A DNA stretch of 64,000 nucleotides, from the NCBI GenBank assembly GCA_903859155.1, contig CAIOLO010000107.1:3177-67176 (forward strand), written 5' to 3'. The DNA is from an uncultured beta proteobacterium (GTDB taxonomy: Bacteria; Pseudomonadota; Gammaproteobacteria; Burkholderiales; SG8-39). The position numbers were made by a program, and so were the translations under genes. Every line of letters begins with the position of its first letter. Within the stretch, counting starts at the first letter, position 1. The notes beneath the pieces are model-generated. The model was not told where the DNA came from. It searched no databases and worked only from the letters and a program-made list of their open reading frames with translations. Below are positions 43,774 to 54,884 of this stretch, in pieces.

Positions 43774-44760
43774 ATGACAGCCAGTGCATTTTCCCTTGTG
43801 AGCAGGTCTTTGGGCGCGCTCATGCTGTGGGTTCTTTCGGCGGCCGCGATAGCGCAGGCCTATCCGGCAAAGCCGCTGCGATGGGTCATTCCTTTTGCGC
43901 CCGGCGGCGGGCTGGATATCATTACGCGAGCCTACGCGCCGCACCTGGGCGCGGCGCTCGGTCAGCCGGTGGTGCCGGAGAATCGTCCGGCCAACGCCGG
44001 CATCCTGGCGATCGAATTCGTCGCCAAAGCGCCGCCGGACGGCTATACCCTGTTGACGCTGGGGCCCGGTTCGCTCGTCTACAACAAATTCATCTATGCC
44101 GATGTCAAATATGACGCCGAACGCGACTTCGCGCCCGTCACGCTGCTCACCAACGCACCCATGGCCTTGTACATCAACGCGGCGGTGCCGGCCCAGACAC
44201 TGGGTGAATTCATCGCGTTGGCCAAAACGCCGGGCGCCAAGCTCAATTACGGCGCACCCGGACACGGACACATCTTTCACCTGGCCATGGAACTTTTCAA
44301 GGAGCGCAGCGGGGTGGACATTCAGTTCGTTCCTTACAAGGGCAGCGCGCCGGTGATCCAGGATCTGGTGGCGGGCAACATCCATGCGGCGTTCAATCCG
44401 GTGACGAGCCAGTTCATAAGCCTTATCAAGGCCGGCAAGATCCGCGCGCTTGCCGCCGGCGGGGACAGCCGACTGCCCGATTTTCCGGATGTTCCCACTG
44501 CCGCGGAGGCGGGGGTGAAGGGCTACTACGCGGTCGGCGGATTCGCCATGTTCGCGTCGGGGGGCACGCCGCGCGACATCATCCTGCGGCTCAACCGCGA
44601 AATGGTGAAGCTCTCCACGCATCCCGAGGTTGTCAAAATTCACCATAGCCAGAACCTGCTGGTGGCGGTGGGCACGCCCGAGGAGTTGCTGGCGCGGCAG
44701 CGTCGCGAATATGACATCTGGGTGCCGATGATCAAACGGCTCGGTATCAAGGCACAGTAG
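43774..44760 (+). CDS. Bug-family (TctC-like) substrate-binding protein
   Basis: I trimmed the start to the ATG behind GGAGGAG (MTASAFSLV..). It has a signal peptide, then YPAKPLRWVIPFAPGGGLD and VPYKGSAPVIQDLVAG. Confidence 0.85.
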   Translation: MTASAFSLVSRSLGALMLWVLSAAAIAQAYPAKPLRWVIPFAPGGGLDIITRAYAPHLGAALGQPVVPENRPANAGILAIEFVAKAPPDGYTLLTLGPGSLVYNKFIYADVKYDAERDFAPVTLLTNAPMALYINAAVPAQTLGEFIALAKTPGAKLNYGAPGHGHIFHLAMELFKERSGVDIQFVPYKGSAPVIQDLVAGNIHAAFNPVTSQFISLIKAGKIRALAAGGDSRLPDFPDVPTAAEAGVKGYYAVGGFAMFASGGTPRDIILRLNREMVKLSTHPEVVKIHHSQNLLVAVGTPEELLARQRREYDIWVPMIKRLGIKAQ

Positions 44761-44862
44761 CATGCGGCATACTGCGTTTGCCGGGTGCCAGTGTCGGGAG
44801 CAGAAACTGAATTTGTTGCAGTCGCGCCCCTGCTAGCAAGTCGATTGACGAAAGGAATATTC

Positions 44863-45825
44863 ATGCGAGCAAAACTCTGGCTGGGGGCTCTGCTTTTTCT
44901 GGCCGCGGCAAACACGTGGTCGCAGTCTTATCCGAACCGGCCGGTACGCGCGATCATTCCGTTCGGGCCGGGCGGTGCAGGCGATATTGCCTTGCGGGGT
45001 TTGGCGCTCGAACTGGCCAAGCAACTGGGCCAGCCGGTCCCGGTGGAGAACAGGCCCGGCGCCAGCACCGCCATCGGCGCCGAGGCCTGCGCCAAAGCGA
45101 CGCCCGACGGATACACCATCTGCCTGCTGCCGATTGACGCCATCAATCTGAATCCGTTTCTTTTTATCAAACTGGCCTACGACCCGGACAAGGATCTGGA
45201 GCCGGTGGTGCCGGTGTTCTCCAACGTCAACGGGTTCATCGTCAACCCGGCGCTGAAAGTGAATACGCTGGGTGAGTTGATTGAAATGGCGAAGTCCAAG
45301 CCGCGCACCATGAACTACGGTTCGCCGGCGAGCTTTGTGCGGATTTTCATGGAAGGATTCAACGCCTCGAGCGGCACCGATTTCCAGCACATACCCTACA
45401 AGGGCGGCGGTGAGACCACGACAGGTCTGCTGACCGGTGAAATACAGGTTGCCTTCATTTCGATAGCCAATGTTGCGGGCCTGGTAAAAGCCGGCAAGCT
45501 GCGCATTCTCGCCGTCGATTCAAGCACGCGATCGGCGATCGCACCCGAAGCGCCGACGCTCGCCGAGACCGGCTACAAGGGCTTTCCGTTTCGCGCCTGG
45601 TACGGCATCTTCGTGCCCAGGGGTACCCCCGCTGCCGCGGTTCGCAGAATCCACTCTGAAGTACTGCAGGCGGCCGGCAGTCCGACGTTTCGCGAGCAGG
45701 TGCTCAGTGCGCGCGGGCTGGAGCCGATGCCGCCCATGTCCCCGGAGCAATTCGCCGCGTTTCTCAAGGAAGACCGGTTGCGGTCGGAGAAGCTGGTGCG
45801 ACAGTCCGGCATCAAACCCGAGTAG
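44863..45825 (+). CDS. Bug-family (TctC-like) substrate-binding protein
   Basis: I trimmed the start to MRAKLWLGALLFLAAANTWSQ (signal peptide). Then come YPNRPVRAIIPFGPGGAGD and IPYKGGGETTTGLLTG. Confidence 0.85.
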   Translation: MRAKLWLGALLFLAAANTWSQSYPNRPVRAIIPFGPGGAGDIALRGLALELAKQLGQPVPVENRPGASTAIGAEACAKATPDGYTICLLPIDAINLNPFLFIKLAYDPDKDLEPVVPVFSNVNGFIVNPALKVNTLGELIEMAKSKPRTMNYGSPASFVRIFMEGFNASSGTDFQHIPYKGGGETTTGLLTGEIQVAFISIANVAGLVKAGKLRILAVDSSTRSAIAPEAPTLAETGYKGFPFRAWYGIFVPRGTPAAAVRRIHSEVLQAAGSPTFREQVLSARGLEPMPPMSPEQFAAFLKEDRLRSEKLVRQSGIKPE

Positions 45826-45867
45826 CGGACAGGCGAATTGCCAGGCCGGGCATGTGAAGGAGTGGTG

Positions 45868-46839
45868 ATGCGAAGACTGTTTGCTTTTATGTTTGGGACG
45901 ACTCTGGCAGCGGTGCTCACCTCAGGCGCGATGGCGCAGGCCTGGCCGGCCAAGCCGATACGCCTGGTCAACCAGTTTGCGCCGGGCAGCAGCGGCGACA
46001 CCACACTGCGCACCCTGGTTCCGATACTCAGCCAGGATTTCGGGCAGCCGGTGGTGATCGACAACCGCGCCGGCGGCGGTGGCGTGGTCGCCGCCGAACT
46101 GACGGTGCGCGCGGCGCCCGATGGCTACACCATTCTGTGCGCCACTTCGGCGACGCAGATCGTGCGCGCCTTCATGGTGCGCGGTTCGAGCTTCGATCCC
46201 GTCAAGGACTTCACGCCGGTCACCGCGCTTTATTCCGCGATCACGCTGCTGGTGGCGCACCCGTCCGTGCCGGTGAATTCGATGGCAGAGTTGATCGAGT
46301 ACGCGCGCAGCAATCCGGGCAAGCTCTCCTATGGCAGCTCGGGGATAGGCACCGACCACCACCTTACCGGCGAGCAGATCCGGATATTGACCGGCGCCGA
46401 TATCGTGCATGTGCCCTACAAGGCCACCGCGCAGGCGCTGATCGATGTGGTCACCGGGCAACTGCCGCTGACCTTCGCCATCACCGGCGCGGCGGGCACG
46501 TTCATCAAATCCGGCAAGATCAAGGTGCTGGGCGTGGTGAAGAACCAGCGCGTCGCCCTGCTGCCGGATGTGCCTTCGTTCGGCGAGGCCATGCCCAAGT
46601 TCCAGCAACCGCCCAACTGGACAGGGATATTCGGGCCGGCCGGCCTGCCCCCGCAGGTGCTCTCGCGCCTGCACAGCGCGGTGGTCAAATCTCTGCATCA
46701 CCCCGACGCGCAGGCGCGCTGGGTCGCCAATGGCTATGAGGTGATCGGCAATACGCCTGAGGAGTTTGCCAGGCAGATCAGGGAGCAGACCGCGCTGGTG
46801 GCGGGAATCGTCAAGGTCGCTGGGATCAAGCCGGAGTAG
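45868..46839 (+). CDS. Bug-family (TctC-like) substrate-binding protein
   Basis: I trimmed the start to MRRLFAFMFGTTLAAVLTSGAMAQ behind GAAGGAG. Then come WPAKPIRLVNQFAPGSSGD and VPYKATAQALIDVVTG. Confidence 0.85.
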   Translation: MRRLFAFMFGTTLAAVLTSGAMAQAWPAKPIRLVNQFAPGSSGDTTLRTLVPILSQDFGQPVVIDNRAGGGGVVAAELTVRAAPDGYTILCATSATQIVRAFMVRGSSFDPVKDFTPVTALYSAITLLVAHPSVPVNSMAELIEYARSNPGKLSYGSSGIGTDHHLTGEQIRILTGADIVHVPYKATAQALIDVVTGQLPLTFAITGAAGTFIKSGKIKVLGVVKNQRVALLPDVPSFGEAMPKFQQPPNWTGIFGPAGLPPQVLSRLHSAVVKSLHHPDAQARWVANGYEVIGNTPEEFARQIREQTALVAGIVKVAGIKPE

Positions 46840-47434
46840 TTGCGCCACGCTCGCTGGATTCTTCAGTACCGCTGGGCGACGGTGGCCCCAGGGTGGGTAT
46901 TCGAGCGCGATCGGGAAGGCAGTTGGATGGCATTACCGGTCTCGATGTCCAGGCGGAAATTCCGTTCGGGCGTTCATAGACAAAATCTGGCGACCAAGCG
47001 AATTGCGTCGAAAATGCGACGTTGGTGTCGGGTTTTCCGTCAATACATGGGCGGGCGCGGCGACGGTTCGTTGGCTTGCCGTAAAACCCCCTGCAAATTA
47101 ACGTGAAAACACCGGGTGCGACGCAGTCAGCACCAAGTTTTAGGGTGCGATCTTTGTTGCAATTTGCGTGTGATCGCCCCCTGAATCAGCCGCTTTGCTG
47201 TGCTGCGGCATGCGCAATCCTAAGCCATTGTCATAAAGCGGAAAATATTGCACATTTTTCGCCAACTATTCTGACAATCCAGCGTCAATAAGTACGTAGT
47301 TTTACGCATATTTGCGTAGAATTTGAGCCGTAGGTTTGTTGAGAATTTCTGGATTTGGAATTGCGCCGATTTATGACCCAGATGTGGCTTGAAATTTGCA
47401 CATCAGGGTACAGGGATGGGCTTAAAGGACTGCC

Positions 47435-50400
47435 ATGAGCGACAAGAAATCGGATGATCGAAGAGACGATGGCCGTAGCGACTATGACCGGGATAACTAT
47501 GACAGTGACAAAAATCACAATTCCGGTAAAACGCTTCGCGGAACGAATGGCGATAACGTCCTGATTGGCACGACCGGCAACGACAGCATTTACGGCGCTA
47601 ACGGCAACGACAGCCTCTCTGGAGGCGCAGGCAATGACTATCTCGATGGCGGCGCGGGCAAGGACGTACTCGATGGCGGCACCGGCAACGACCGCCTGTT
47701 CGGTGGCGCCGGAGACGACAGGCTGATCGGCGGCGCGGGCAACGACGATATCGATGGGGGTTCGGGCATCGATGTCGCGGTGTACAGCGGCAAATTCACC
47801 GATTACAAACTCACGCTCAGCAAGGATGGCGGTCATTCCGGCGACAAAGACGACGATACCAGTGCCATGACGGTGCACGACACTCGCTCAGGTACTTCCT
47901 ACGACGGCACTGACGTTCTAAAGAACGTGGAGGTACTGAGGTTTGCCGATGGCGAATACCGGAATGGAAATTTTTATCCGAATTATGTAAATCATGCGCC
48001 TACGGCGGTGTCCTTGTCGGCGCACACGGTGGCGGAAAACGCTGCCGGTGCGGTGATTGGCAATCTGAGCGTGGTTGACCCGGATGCCGGTGATTCGTTT
48101 ACCTATGCGGTGTCGGATGCTCGCTTTGAAGTGGTGAGCGGTGCGCTGAAGCTCAAAGATGGACAGAGCCTGGACTTTGAAACCACGCCGCAGTTTGACG
48201 TGACGGTGACTGCGACCGATGCGGGCGGGCTGTCCAAGGCACAGGCGTTCACGATCAATGTGACCAACGTGAACGACGCGGCGAAGATCGGTTTGCCCAC
48301 GGTGAACGCGGTTACCGAAGATGTGGCGATGGACGCCGGTTTTTTGAAGGCCACCGGCACCATTTCGATTAGCGATGAAGATGCGGGTGAAGCGAGTTTC
48401 CGGACATCGGTAGTCCCTATGTCGGGAAATCTTGGGACGCTGGACATTAACAGTAGCGGTCTCTATACCTACTCCGTGGCCAATAGCGCGGTGCAATCCC
48501 TGGGCGCGGGCGTTACCAAGACCGAAAGTTTCACCATCACCTCGTTTGACAATACTCAAAAGGTGGTGAACTTCACCATCACAGGCACCAACGACGGCCC
48601 CACAATTGGCGCGCCGACAGTAAGTGCGGTTACGGAAGATGTCGGTGCGGATGCTGCCGGCCGATTGATGGCGACCGGCACCATACATATCGACGACGTC
48701 GACGCGGGGCAAGCGGGTTTCCAGACATCGGTCGTCAAGGTAGGGGCTACAATCCTGGGCACTTTGGTGTTGGAAACCAGTGGCGCCTATACCTACTCGG
48801 TAGCCAACAGTGCGGTGCAATCGCTTGGCGAGGGTGTCTCCAGAGTGGATAGATTTTCCATCACCTCGCTCGACGGTACTTCCAAGGAGGTGAGCTTCAC
48901 GATTAACGGTCAGAACGACGGCGCGGTGATCGGTTCGCCGAGGGTGAGCGATGTTACCGAAGATCTTTTAAGTTCCACTCAAGGCCAGTTGATGGCGACG
49001 GGTACGCTTGCGGTCACAGACGCTGACGCGGGGCAGTCCAGCTTTCTGGCGGGTGATTCCAACCATTCGAACGCGGTAGTCGCTGCGGGCGGCACCCTCG
49101 GTTTTCTGTCATTGGCAAGCGATGGCATATACACCTACTTGGTGGCCAATAGTGCTGTGCAATATCTTGGCGCGAGCGATTACAAGACGGAGACCTTTAC
49201 CGTCTCATCATTCGACGGAACCCGGCAGACGGTGCACTTCACCATCCATGGCACCAACGACGCTGCGCAGATTGGGGCGCCGACTGTGAACGCGGTTACC
49301 GAGGATTTGGGCGTAGTGAGTGGTCAACTGACGGCAAGCGGCACGATTTCTGTCAACGACGCTGACACTGGTCAATCTTCTTTTCAAACATCGGTTGCCA
49401 GCGCGTCTGGAAATGTCGGCAATTTGGTCATTGACAGTAATGGAAATTATACATACTCAGTGGCCGATAGCGCTGTGCAGTATTTGGGGGCTGGTGTCGA
49501 CAAAGTGGAAAATTTCACGGTCACTTCATTTGACGGGACCACCCAGACGGCAAGCTTCACCATTCATGGAGCAAACGATAAGGCCACTATCGGACCGCTT
49601 ACAGCCGGTTATGTAACGGAAAACGTGGCTGTGGACGATGCTGGGTTTTTGAATGCAACAGGCAGCATATCGATTTCTGATGCTGATGCGGGGCAGGGAC
49701 AATTCCAATCAGTGGTAGAAGCTGCGGATACTAATTACGGTACCCTGGTGTTGGAAACCGATGGCCGCTACACCTACTCGGTGTCCAATAGCTTGGTGAA
49801 ATATCTCGATGCGGGCGAGATATACCCCGATAGCTTCATAATTTATTCGCTCGATGGCAGCCATAAATTCGTGACTTTCATCATCCATGGGGTCGGCGCT
49901 GACGCTGCGGTGATCGGATATCCAGCTCCAAATGCTGTCACCGAAGATGCGGGATTGGTCGACAACCTGTTGACGGTAGCTGGCGTCATTTCAATTTCCG
50001 ATACCCCTCAGTCGGATGCCGGCTTTCATACTTCCGTAACCAGCGCGCCCGGCAATATCGGTGCCCTTGTTATCACGTCCGACGGTCATTACACCTACTC
50101 GGCGAATAACGGTCTTGTGCAATATTTGGGCGCAGGCATAGACAAGGTGGATAACTTCACCATTTCGTCGTTAGACGGCACCACGCAGACGGCGAGTTTC
50201 ACTATCCATGGCGTGAACGATGCGGCCATTATCGGCTCGCCGACGGTGGGCACGGTTTCGGAAAGCGTGGCGGTGGACACGGCCGGCTTTTTGAATGCGA
50301 CCGGCACGATATCGATTGCCGATGTTGATGCGGGCCAGGCAAGCTTCACAACGGTAATTGGCGATCAAGGCAACCTTGGCACGCTGGTGCTAGCAGGCAA

Positions 50401-53400
50401 CGGCGCCTACACCTACAAAGTGGCCAATAGCGCGATCGAGTACCTGAATCCAGGTGAATCCAAAGTCGATACCTTCACGATCACCTCCTTCGATGGAACC
50501 ACCCAAACGGTGAACTTCACCGTGAATGGTGCCAGTCCGGCGGTGATCAGCACTCCGCCGGTACATGATGTCACCGAAGATGTGGCGGCAAACGCTGGCC
50601 TATTGACGGCCACGGGCAACATAACAATCACGGATGTCGATCCGGGCCAGGCTGGTTTTCGCACAACGGCAATCGGCGCGCCGGGGAATCTCGGTTCGCT
50701 AGAGATCGCCGTCGACGGTACCTATACCTATTCGGTCGCTAACAGCGCAGTGCAATATCTTGGTGAAGGAAAAACCAGGGTAGAAGACTTTGTCATCTCC
50801 TCATCCGACGGTACTGCCAAAACGGTGAGCTTTTCGATCCATGGTGCAAACGACTTGCCGGTTGCGTCTGACGAAACAAGGAGCATCAAAGAGGATGAGG
50901 TAGTTGTTGTTACCGCGAAAAGCGCTACAGACTTGGATGTTGGCGATAATTTGTCGATTGTTTCCACATCCGGCGCGACAAACGGCACAGCTGAACTGGT
51001 CGATGGTGTTTTGACCTTCAGGCCGGACCTGAACTACAGCGGCCCGGCCAGCTTCAGCTACACCGTATCGGATCAACATGGTGGGACTGCCAGTGCCACG
51101 GTGAACCTGAGCATCGATGCGGTTGCCGATGCCCCCATTGTCCCGGTGCCGGCCAACCTGGGATTCGAAGCAGCGAGCCTCATTAACTGGGAATATTTGG
51201 GCGGCGTTGGGCTGGCGTCAAAATATGGCTCCTTTGGAGATGCTGCCTACTATTTGCCCTATGACGGAAGTCGTATGGCCAAGCTGGATAGCACCTGGGT
51301 TGAACAAGGGGATTTGGAGCGATTCCTCGGCGTCGCAACCGATGGTCTGAACCCATTGGCGATTGAATCAGGTACTGCCTACGAAAACAACATAGCAGAC
51401 GGTTCGGCGATGCGTACCACCATTGCGGTGTCGGCGGGCGAGACAGTGACTTTCAACTGGAACTTCATCTCCACGGATCAAGTTCCTTATGGAGATTTCG
51501 CCTTCGTCGTAATCAACGGCGTGGCCGAACGTCTCTCGGGAAATTCCAATGTTGGGAACTATGGTTCCTCGGGTTGGACGGAATATGCATACACGGCCGG
51601 CTATAGCGGCATTCTCAGCCTGGGTTTCGGTGTGGTGGACACCGGTGACATTGACTCGAATGCGCAGTTGCTCATAGACAACGTGCGCTTCAATGGTTCC
51701 GCAGCGGACGGGTTAGAGGATCATGCGATATTGTTGCCGATTGGATCGCAGCTTTCCGACATGGATGGTTCGGAAACCCTGTCGCTGACGACGATTTCCG
51801 GCGTGCCATTCGGTGCGTTGCTTTCCGCCGGGCGGGACAACCATGACGGTTCCTGGACCCTTACGCAGGCAGATCTCCCTGGCCTGACGATTCTTCCTCC
51901 TGCCAACTATTTCGGAACATTCAGCCTGACGGTGTCAGCGACAGCGACTGAAGCGTCGAACGGCAATCAAGCGACGACGACAAAGACTTTTGATGTCACG
52001 GTCTTTCCGGTCAGCGATGGGTCTGGGATACACGCGGATTCGCAAGTCATCGTTCCCACCGGTTCTTCCACGGTCGGCCTTAATATTGCCGAGCCCATCG
52101 GCATCACCGGCGATGTGCTTATTTCATCGGTTCCGACCAATGGCGTGGTGACGACGAGCGGCGGAACGCAAGTGACTGCAGGGACGCATGTGTCGGCCAC
52201 AGAATTGGCCGGGCTGAGTTTTACGCCCGGTGGCGGCACAGGAAGCAATTCGGGCATGTCGCATACATGGACGGATGCTGCTGGGGCACATACAGGTACT
52301 CATTCCTTCTCGCTGGTCAATGCAACCGGCGCGATTCGGGTGGCGGTGGTGTATTCCGAGGATGAAAATCCGGTGCCGGATGGATCGGGAGGGCAAATGC
52401 CCCTCAGCCTGGTCGCCGCAGGGGATATTTATGACCAGCTCGCCGACGACTCGTATTTTGATTTTAGTCCGACGCTGATCGGGGTTCAAACCGGTGAATC
52501 GGCCACTTATCTGTTGGCGGAGCTATCAAACTACGATGTTGTCATCCACGCCGGGTCTCGCAGTGATGTGATGACAGAAGCGTATTGGAGTGCACTGCGC
52601 CAATACATTGTGGCTGACCAGGGGGGCGTCGTGACAGTGGGCAGCTTCGCTCACACGCTGCACGACACTACCCTCGCTAACAATGCAGATGCGGATTTCG
52701 TAACGCCGATTACGGCGGCAGGTTATACGACTGCATCGGGGGCGGATTCGACTTTTACGGTGGTGGGCGGTCACGCTATCACTTATGGCATCAGCACCGT
52801 TTCCGGGTCTGGAGTCAATGGCACGATGCTGGAGGGGGCGTTGCAAATTGACGGGGACGCAGTCTCCCTGGCAGCGCATCCTGCCGGCGGATCCGTGATT
52901 GCGTATCAGGATATCGATTATATGGGACGCACTGTCTATCTCGGCGAACCGTATGCCGAGAGTGAAGTTTCGGGGGTTCATACCGAACCGGTGCATTCAG
53001 GATTTGCCGACCAGTTGCTGGAGCAGGCGGTGGCTTGGGCGGCCAAGGGCCAGGCGGAGACGAGCAGCGTGAGCTTGTCTGGGGGAACGGGGAATGACGT
53101 GCTCTCCGGCGGTGCGGACAACGATATATTGTCTGGCGGCGACGGCAATGACCAACTCACGGGAGCGGGTGGCAGCGATGAACTTACTGGCGGCGGCGGA
53201 GCGGATCGCTTCCATTACGGCCAGGGCGACATCGGCGTCAGTGTCAACGACACCATCACCGACTTTGAGGTTGGTCAGGGTGGCGACATACTTGATATTC
53301 AAGATTTGCTGATCGGCTACACTGCGGGCACGTCGGTTATCAGTGAATTCGTTATGTTGGAGGACATTGGCGGCACCGACACGCAGGTCAATGTTGACTC

Positions 53401-53509
53401 CAACGGTGGCGGCGACAGCTTTGTCCCATTAGCGCTTCTCAGCAATGTGATCATTTCGGACACATTGCTGAACCAGCTCTTGTCGGAGGGGAATCTGCAT
53501 TTGGGTTGA
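47435..53509 (+). CDS. giant type-I-secretion (RTX-type) adhesin-like protein with cadherin-like and VCBS-like repeats
   Basis: 2024 aa. GGxGxD nonapeptide blocks occur near both termini ([29 protein letters not shown]; [29 protein letters not shown]). It has a cadherin-like module ([21 protein letters not shown]) and 8 modules of about 106-114 aa. The C-terminus [39 protein letters not shown] is typical of T1SS target domains. There is no N-terminal signal peptide. Confidence 0.85.
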   Translation: MSDKKSDDRRDDGRSDYDRDNYDSDKNHNSGKTLRGTNGDNVLIGTTGNDSIYGANGNDSLSGGAGNDYLDGGAGKDVLDGGTGNDRLFGGAGDDRLIGGAGNDDIDGGSGIDVAVYSGKFTDYKLTLSKDGGHSGDKDDDTSAMTVHDTRSGTSYDGTDVLKNVEVLRFADGEYRNGNFYPNYVNHAPTAVSLSAHTVAENAAGAVIGNLSVVDPDAGDSFTYAVSDARFEVVSGALKLKDGQSLDFETTPQFDVTVTATDAGGLSKAQAFTINVTNVNDAAKIGLPTVNAVTEDVAMDAGFLKATGTISISDEDAGEASFRTSVVPMSGNLGTLDINSSGLYTYSVANSAVQSLGAGVTKTESFTITSFDNTQKVVNFTITGTNDGPTIGAPTVSAVTEDVGADAAGRLMATGTIHIDDVDAGQAGFQTSVVKVGATILGTLVLETSGAYTYSVANSAVQSLGEGVSRVDRFSITSLDGTSKEVSFTINGQNDGAVIGSPRVSDVTEDLLSSTQGQLMATGTLAVTDADAGQSSFLAGDSNHSNAVVAAGGTLGFLSLASDGIYTYLVANSAVQYLGASDYKTETFTVSSFDGTRQTVHFTIHGTNDAAQIGAPTVNAVTEDLGVVSGQLTASGTISVNDADTGQSSFQTSVASASGNVGNLVIDSNGNYTYSVADSAVQYLGAGVDKVENFTVTSFDGTTQTASFTIHGANDKATIGPLTAGYVTENVAVDDAGFLNATGSISISDADAGQGQFQSVVEAADTNYGTLVLETDGRYTYSVSNSLVKYLDAGEIYPDSFIIYSLDGSHKFVTFIIHGVGADAAVIGYPAPNAVTEDAGLVDNLLTVAGVISISDTPQSDAGFHTSVTSAPGNIGALVITSDGHYTYSANNGLVQYLGAGIDKVDNFTISSLDGTTQTASFTIHGVNDAAIIGSPTVGTVSESVAVDTAGFLNATGTISIADVDAGQASFTTVIGDQGNLGTLVLAGNGAYTYKVANSAIEYLNPGESKVDTFTITSFDGTTQTVNFTVNGASPAVISTPPVHDVTEDVAANAGLLTATGNITITDVDPGQAGFRTTAIGAPGNLGSLEIAVDGTYTYSVANSAVQYLGEGKTRVEDFVISSSDGTAKTVSFSIHGANDLPVASDETRSIKEDEVVVVTAKSATDLDVGDNLSIVSTSGATNGTAELVDGVLTFRPDLNYSGPASFSYTVSDQHGGTASATVNLSIDAVADAPIVPVPANLGFEAASLINWEYLGGVGLASKYGSFGDAAYYLPYDGSRMAKLDSTWVEQGDLERFLGVATDGLNPLAIESGTAYENNIADGSAMRTTIAVSAGETVTFNWNFISTDQVPYGDFAFVVINGVAERLSGNSNVGNYGSSGWTEYAYTAGYSGILSLGFGVVDTGDIDSNAQLLIDNVRFNGSAADGLEDHAILLPIGSQLSDMDGSETLSLTTISGVPFGALLSAGRDNHDGSWTLTQADLPGLTILPPANYFGTFSLTVSATATEASNGNQATTTKTFDVTVFPVSDGSGIHADSQVIVPTGSSTVGLNIAEPIGITGDVLISSVPTNGVVTTSGGTQVTAGTHVSATELAGLSFTPGGGTGSNSGMSHTWTDAAGAHTGTHSFSLVNATGAIRVAVVYSEDENPVPDGSGGQMPLSLVAAGDIYDQLADDSYFDFSPTLIGVQTGESATYLLAELSNYDVVIHAGSRSDVMTEAYWSALRQYIVADQGGVVTVGSFAHTLHDTTLANNADADFVTPITAAGYTTASGADSTFTVVGGHAITYGISTVSGSGVNGTMLEGALQIDGDAVSLAAHPAGGSVIAYQDIDYMGRTVYLGEPYAESEVSGVHTEPVHSGFADQLLEQAVAWAAKGQAETSSVSLSGGTGNDVLSGGADNDILSGGDGNDQLTGAGGSDELTGGGGADRFHYGQGDIGVSVNDTITDFEVGQGGDILDIQDLLIGYTAGTSVISEFVMLEDIGGTDTQVNVDSNGGGDSFVPLALLSNVIISDTLLNQLLSEGNLHLG
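48272..50850 (+). repeat. eight tandem, diverged coding repeats of about 315-342 bp inside the adhesin gene
   Basis: Unit boundaries are marked by ND(A/G)xxIGxPTVxAVTEDV at about 48272, 48590, 48914, 49256, 49574, 49898, 50216 and 50531, ending at about 50850. Each unit contains TGTISIxDxDAGQxxFxT...[16 protein letters not shown]...FTIxSxDGT. Confidence 0.8.
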
Positions 53510-53532
53510 CAGTGCCGCAAATGTTCCCTCGG

Positions 53533-53558
53533 GAAACGGCACCTTCGGGTGCCGTTTT
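53533..53558 (+). terminator. rho-independent terminator candidate after the adhesin gene
   Basis: AAACGGCACC-TTCG-GGTGCCGTTT. The 9-10 bp stem has a tetraloop and runs into TTTTAA, about 25 nt after the stop codon. Confidence 0.6.
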
Positions 53559-53776
53559 AACTGGTGCGGCCAGTACCGGGAGTGAATTCCGCTCTTCGAA
53601 GTATTGCCGCAGGCTTGAAACAGCGCGCTACCTGCTAAAATTTGACACGACGCCACGCTTGGCCCCGTCGCGGGGCTGATCGATCAAATGCATGAGACCA
53701 GAATTCGCCATTTGGCAAAATAGTCCAGTTTGGAAGCAAAACCTGCTCCCCGGGATCACCAGTAGAAGGCACTGAT

Positions 53777-54775
53777 ATGACACCGACAGGCTCATCCAGT
53801 ATCACTGTCATTGTTTGCACACGCGACCGGCCGGCCCTTCTTGAACAATGCCTCTGTGCCTTGTCCAAACAGACGATCCGCCATTTCGACACGCTGGTCG
53901 TAGACAATGCCCCGACCCGGCCGATCCGGGATATCTGCGAGCGTTGGGGTGCAAACTGGGTGCTGGCGCCGACCCCGGGTTTGACGCATGCACGCAATGT
54001 CGGGGCGCGGTTGGCGCAGGGGGAAATCATCGTTTATATCGATGACGATGCGGTACCCGAGGCTGATTGGCTGGAACTGCTGGTGGAAGATTTCAGGGAT
54101 CCCGAAATTGCGGCCGTCACGGGCAGGGTTCACTACATGAAGGCCCAGGGCGATTCACGAGCGATTTCCGACGAGGAGGCCAGCGCGGGTGTGGTAAGAA
54201 TGCGGCGCGTCTTCGACCAAAAGACGCCACGCTGGTTCGCGCTGGCATGTTTCGGCGGTATTGGCGACGGCGGCAATATGGCATTTCGCCGCAGGTTGAT
54301 TACATCCGTGCAACCTTTCGACGAACGGCTGGGGCGAGGAAGGGCGCTGGATAGTGGCGACGAGCACGTGCTCTTTGCATCGTTGCTCACCAAGGGATAT
54401 CGAATCGCGCACAATCCCTCGGCGTCGGTGCGTCATCCGAGTCCTCCCACGCTTGAACTGCAGAAGGCAAGGAGGTTCAGCGATTTGCGTTCGTCAATCG
54501 CGCATCTGCTGTTTGTATGGGGTGAGTTTCCCGGATATCGAATTGAAGTGCTCCGCTTTCTTTTCCGCGCAATGCGAAAACGGATGATCGCAGTATTTAC
54601 AAGGCAACCCGCAATGCTTCCCGTGTTCCGCATGCAGGCCTTGCGGGCGATGTTTGGCGGGGCCCTCGTCTATTTGGCGACGCGCAGAGGATGGAGCGGG
54701 AGAGTAAAAACTGCACGCCGTCAGGGGATCGCGCCGGTTCCTGAGATCAGCGGGCATCGCGCTGCAGGCAACTGA
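53777..54775 (+). CDS. family 2 glycosyltransferase
   Basis: 332 aa. Carries ITVIVCTRDRPALLEQCL..LVVDNAPT and YIDDDAVPEADWL (DxD), a GT-A fold pattern. Confidence 0.8.
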   Translation: MTPTGSSSITVIVCTRDRPALLEQCLCALSKQTIRHFDTLVVDNAPTRPIRDICERWGANWVLAPTPGLTHARNVGARLAQGEIIVYIDDDAVPEADWLELLVEDFRDPEIAAVTGRVHYMKAQGDSRAISDEEASAGVVRMRRVFDQKTPRWFALACFGGIGDGGNMAFRRRLITSVQPFDERLGRGRALDSGDEHVLFASLLTKGYRIAHNPSASVRHPSPPTLELQKARRFSDLRSSIAHLLFVWGEFPGYRIEVLRFLFRAMRKRMIAVFTRQPAMLPVFRMQALRAMFGGALVYLATRRGWSGRVKTARRQGIAPVPEISGHRAAGN

Positions 54776-54884
54776 AGAAATTCAAGGGCTTTGCCCGTCG
54801 ATACCCAGACCACCAAAGAAGGGAGCACGGTGGTCCAGCCCTGTACAGGTTGATCGTTTTCGAACCGTCTTATTGGACTTCACC

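Noticed and set aside
40723-46848. ORFs 40723..42432(+) of 569 aa, 43591..44763(-) of 390 aa and 45922..46848(-) of 308 aa.
   Set aside because: They run antisense across the aldolase, FAH and Bug genes. Each spans more than one real gene or an intergenic gap, which is a hallmark of GC-driven open frames.
46840-47434. I searched the compositional boundary for a tRNA, an integrase, att-like direct repeats or IS ends.
   Set aside because: I recognised none. Only short ORFs without motifs (46840..47106, 47103..47291) and small dyads are present, so no mobile element is called.
47285-47878. A 197-aa minus-strand ORF opposite the 5' end of the adhesin gene.
   Set aside because: Its repetitive AVVAG/AIEIV sequence is simply the reverse-complement reading of the GGxGxD-coding repeats.
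48272-50850. The regularly spaced repeats could have been a CRISPR array or a satellite.
   Set aside because: The units are 315-342 bp and lie in-frame inside a continuous ORF. Conserved peptide anchors are present and there is no short repeat/spacer organisation.
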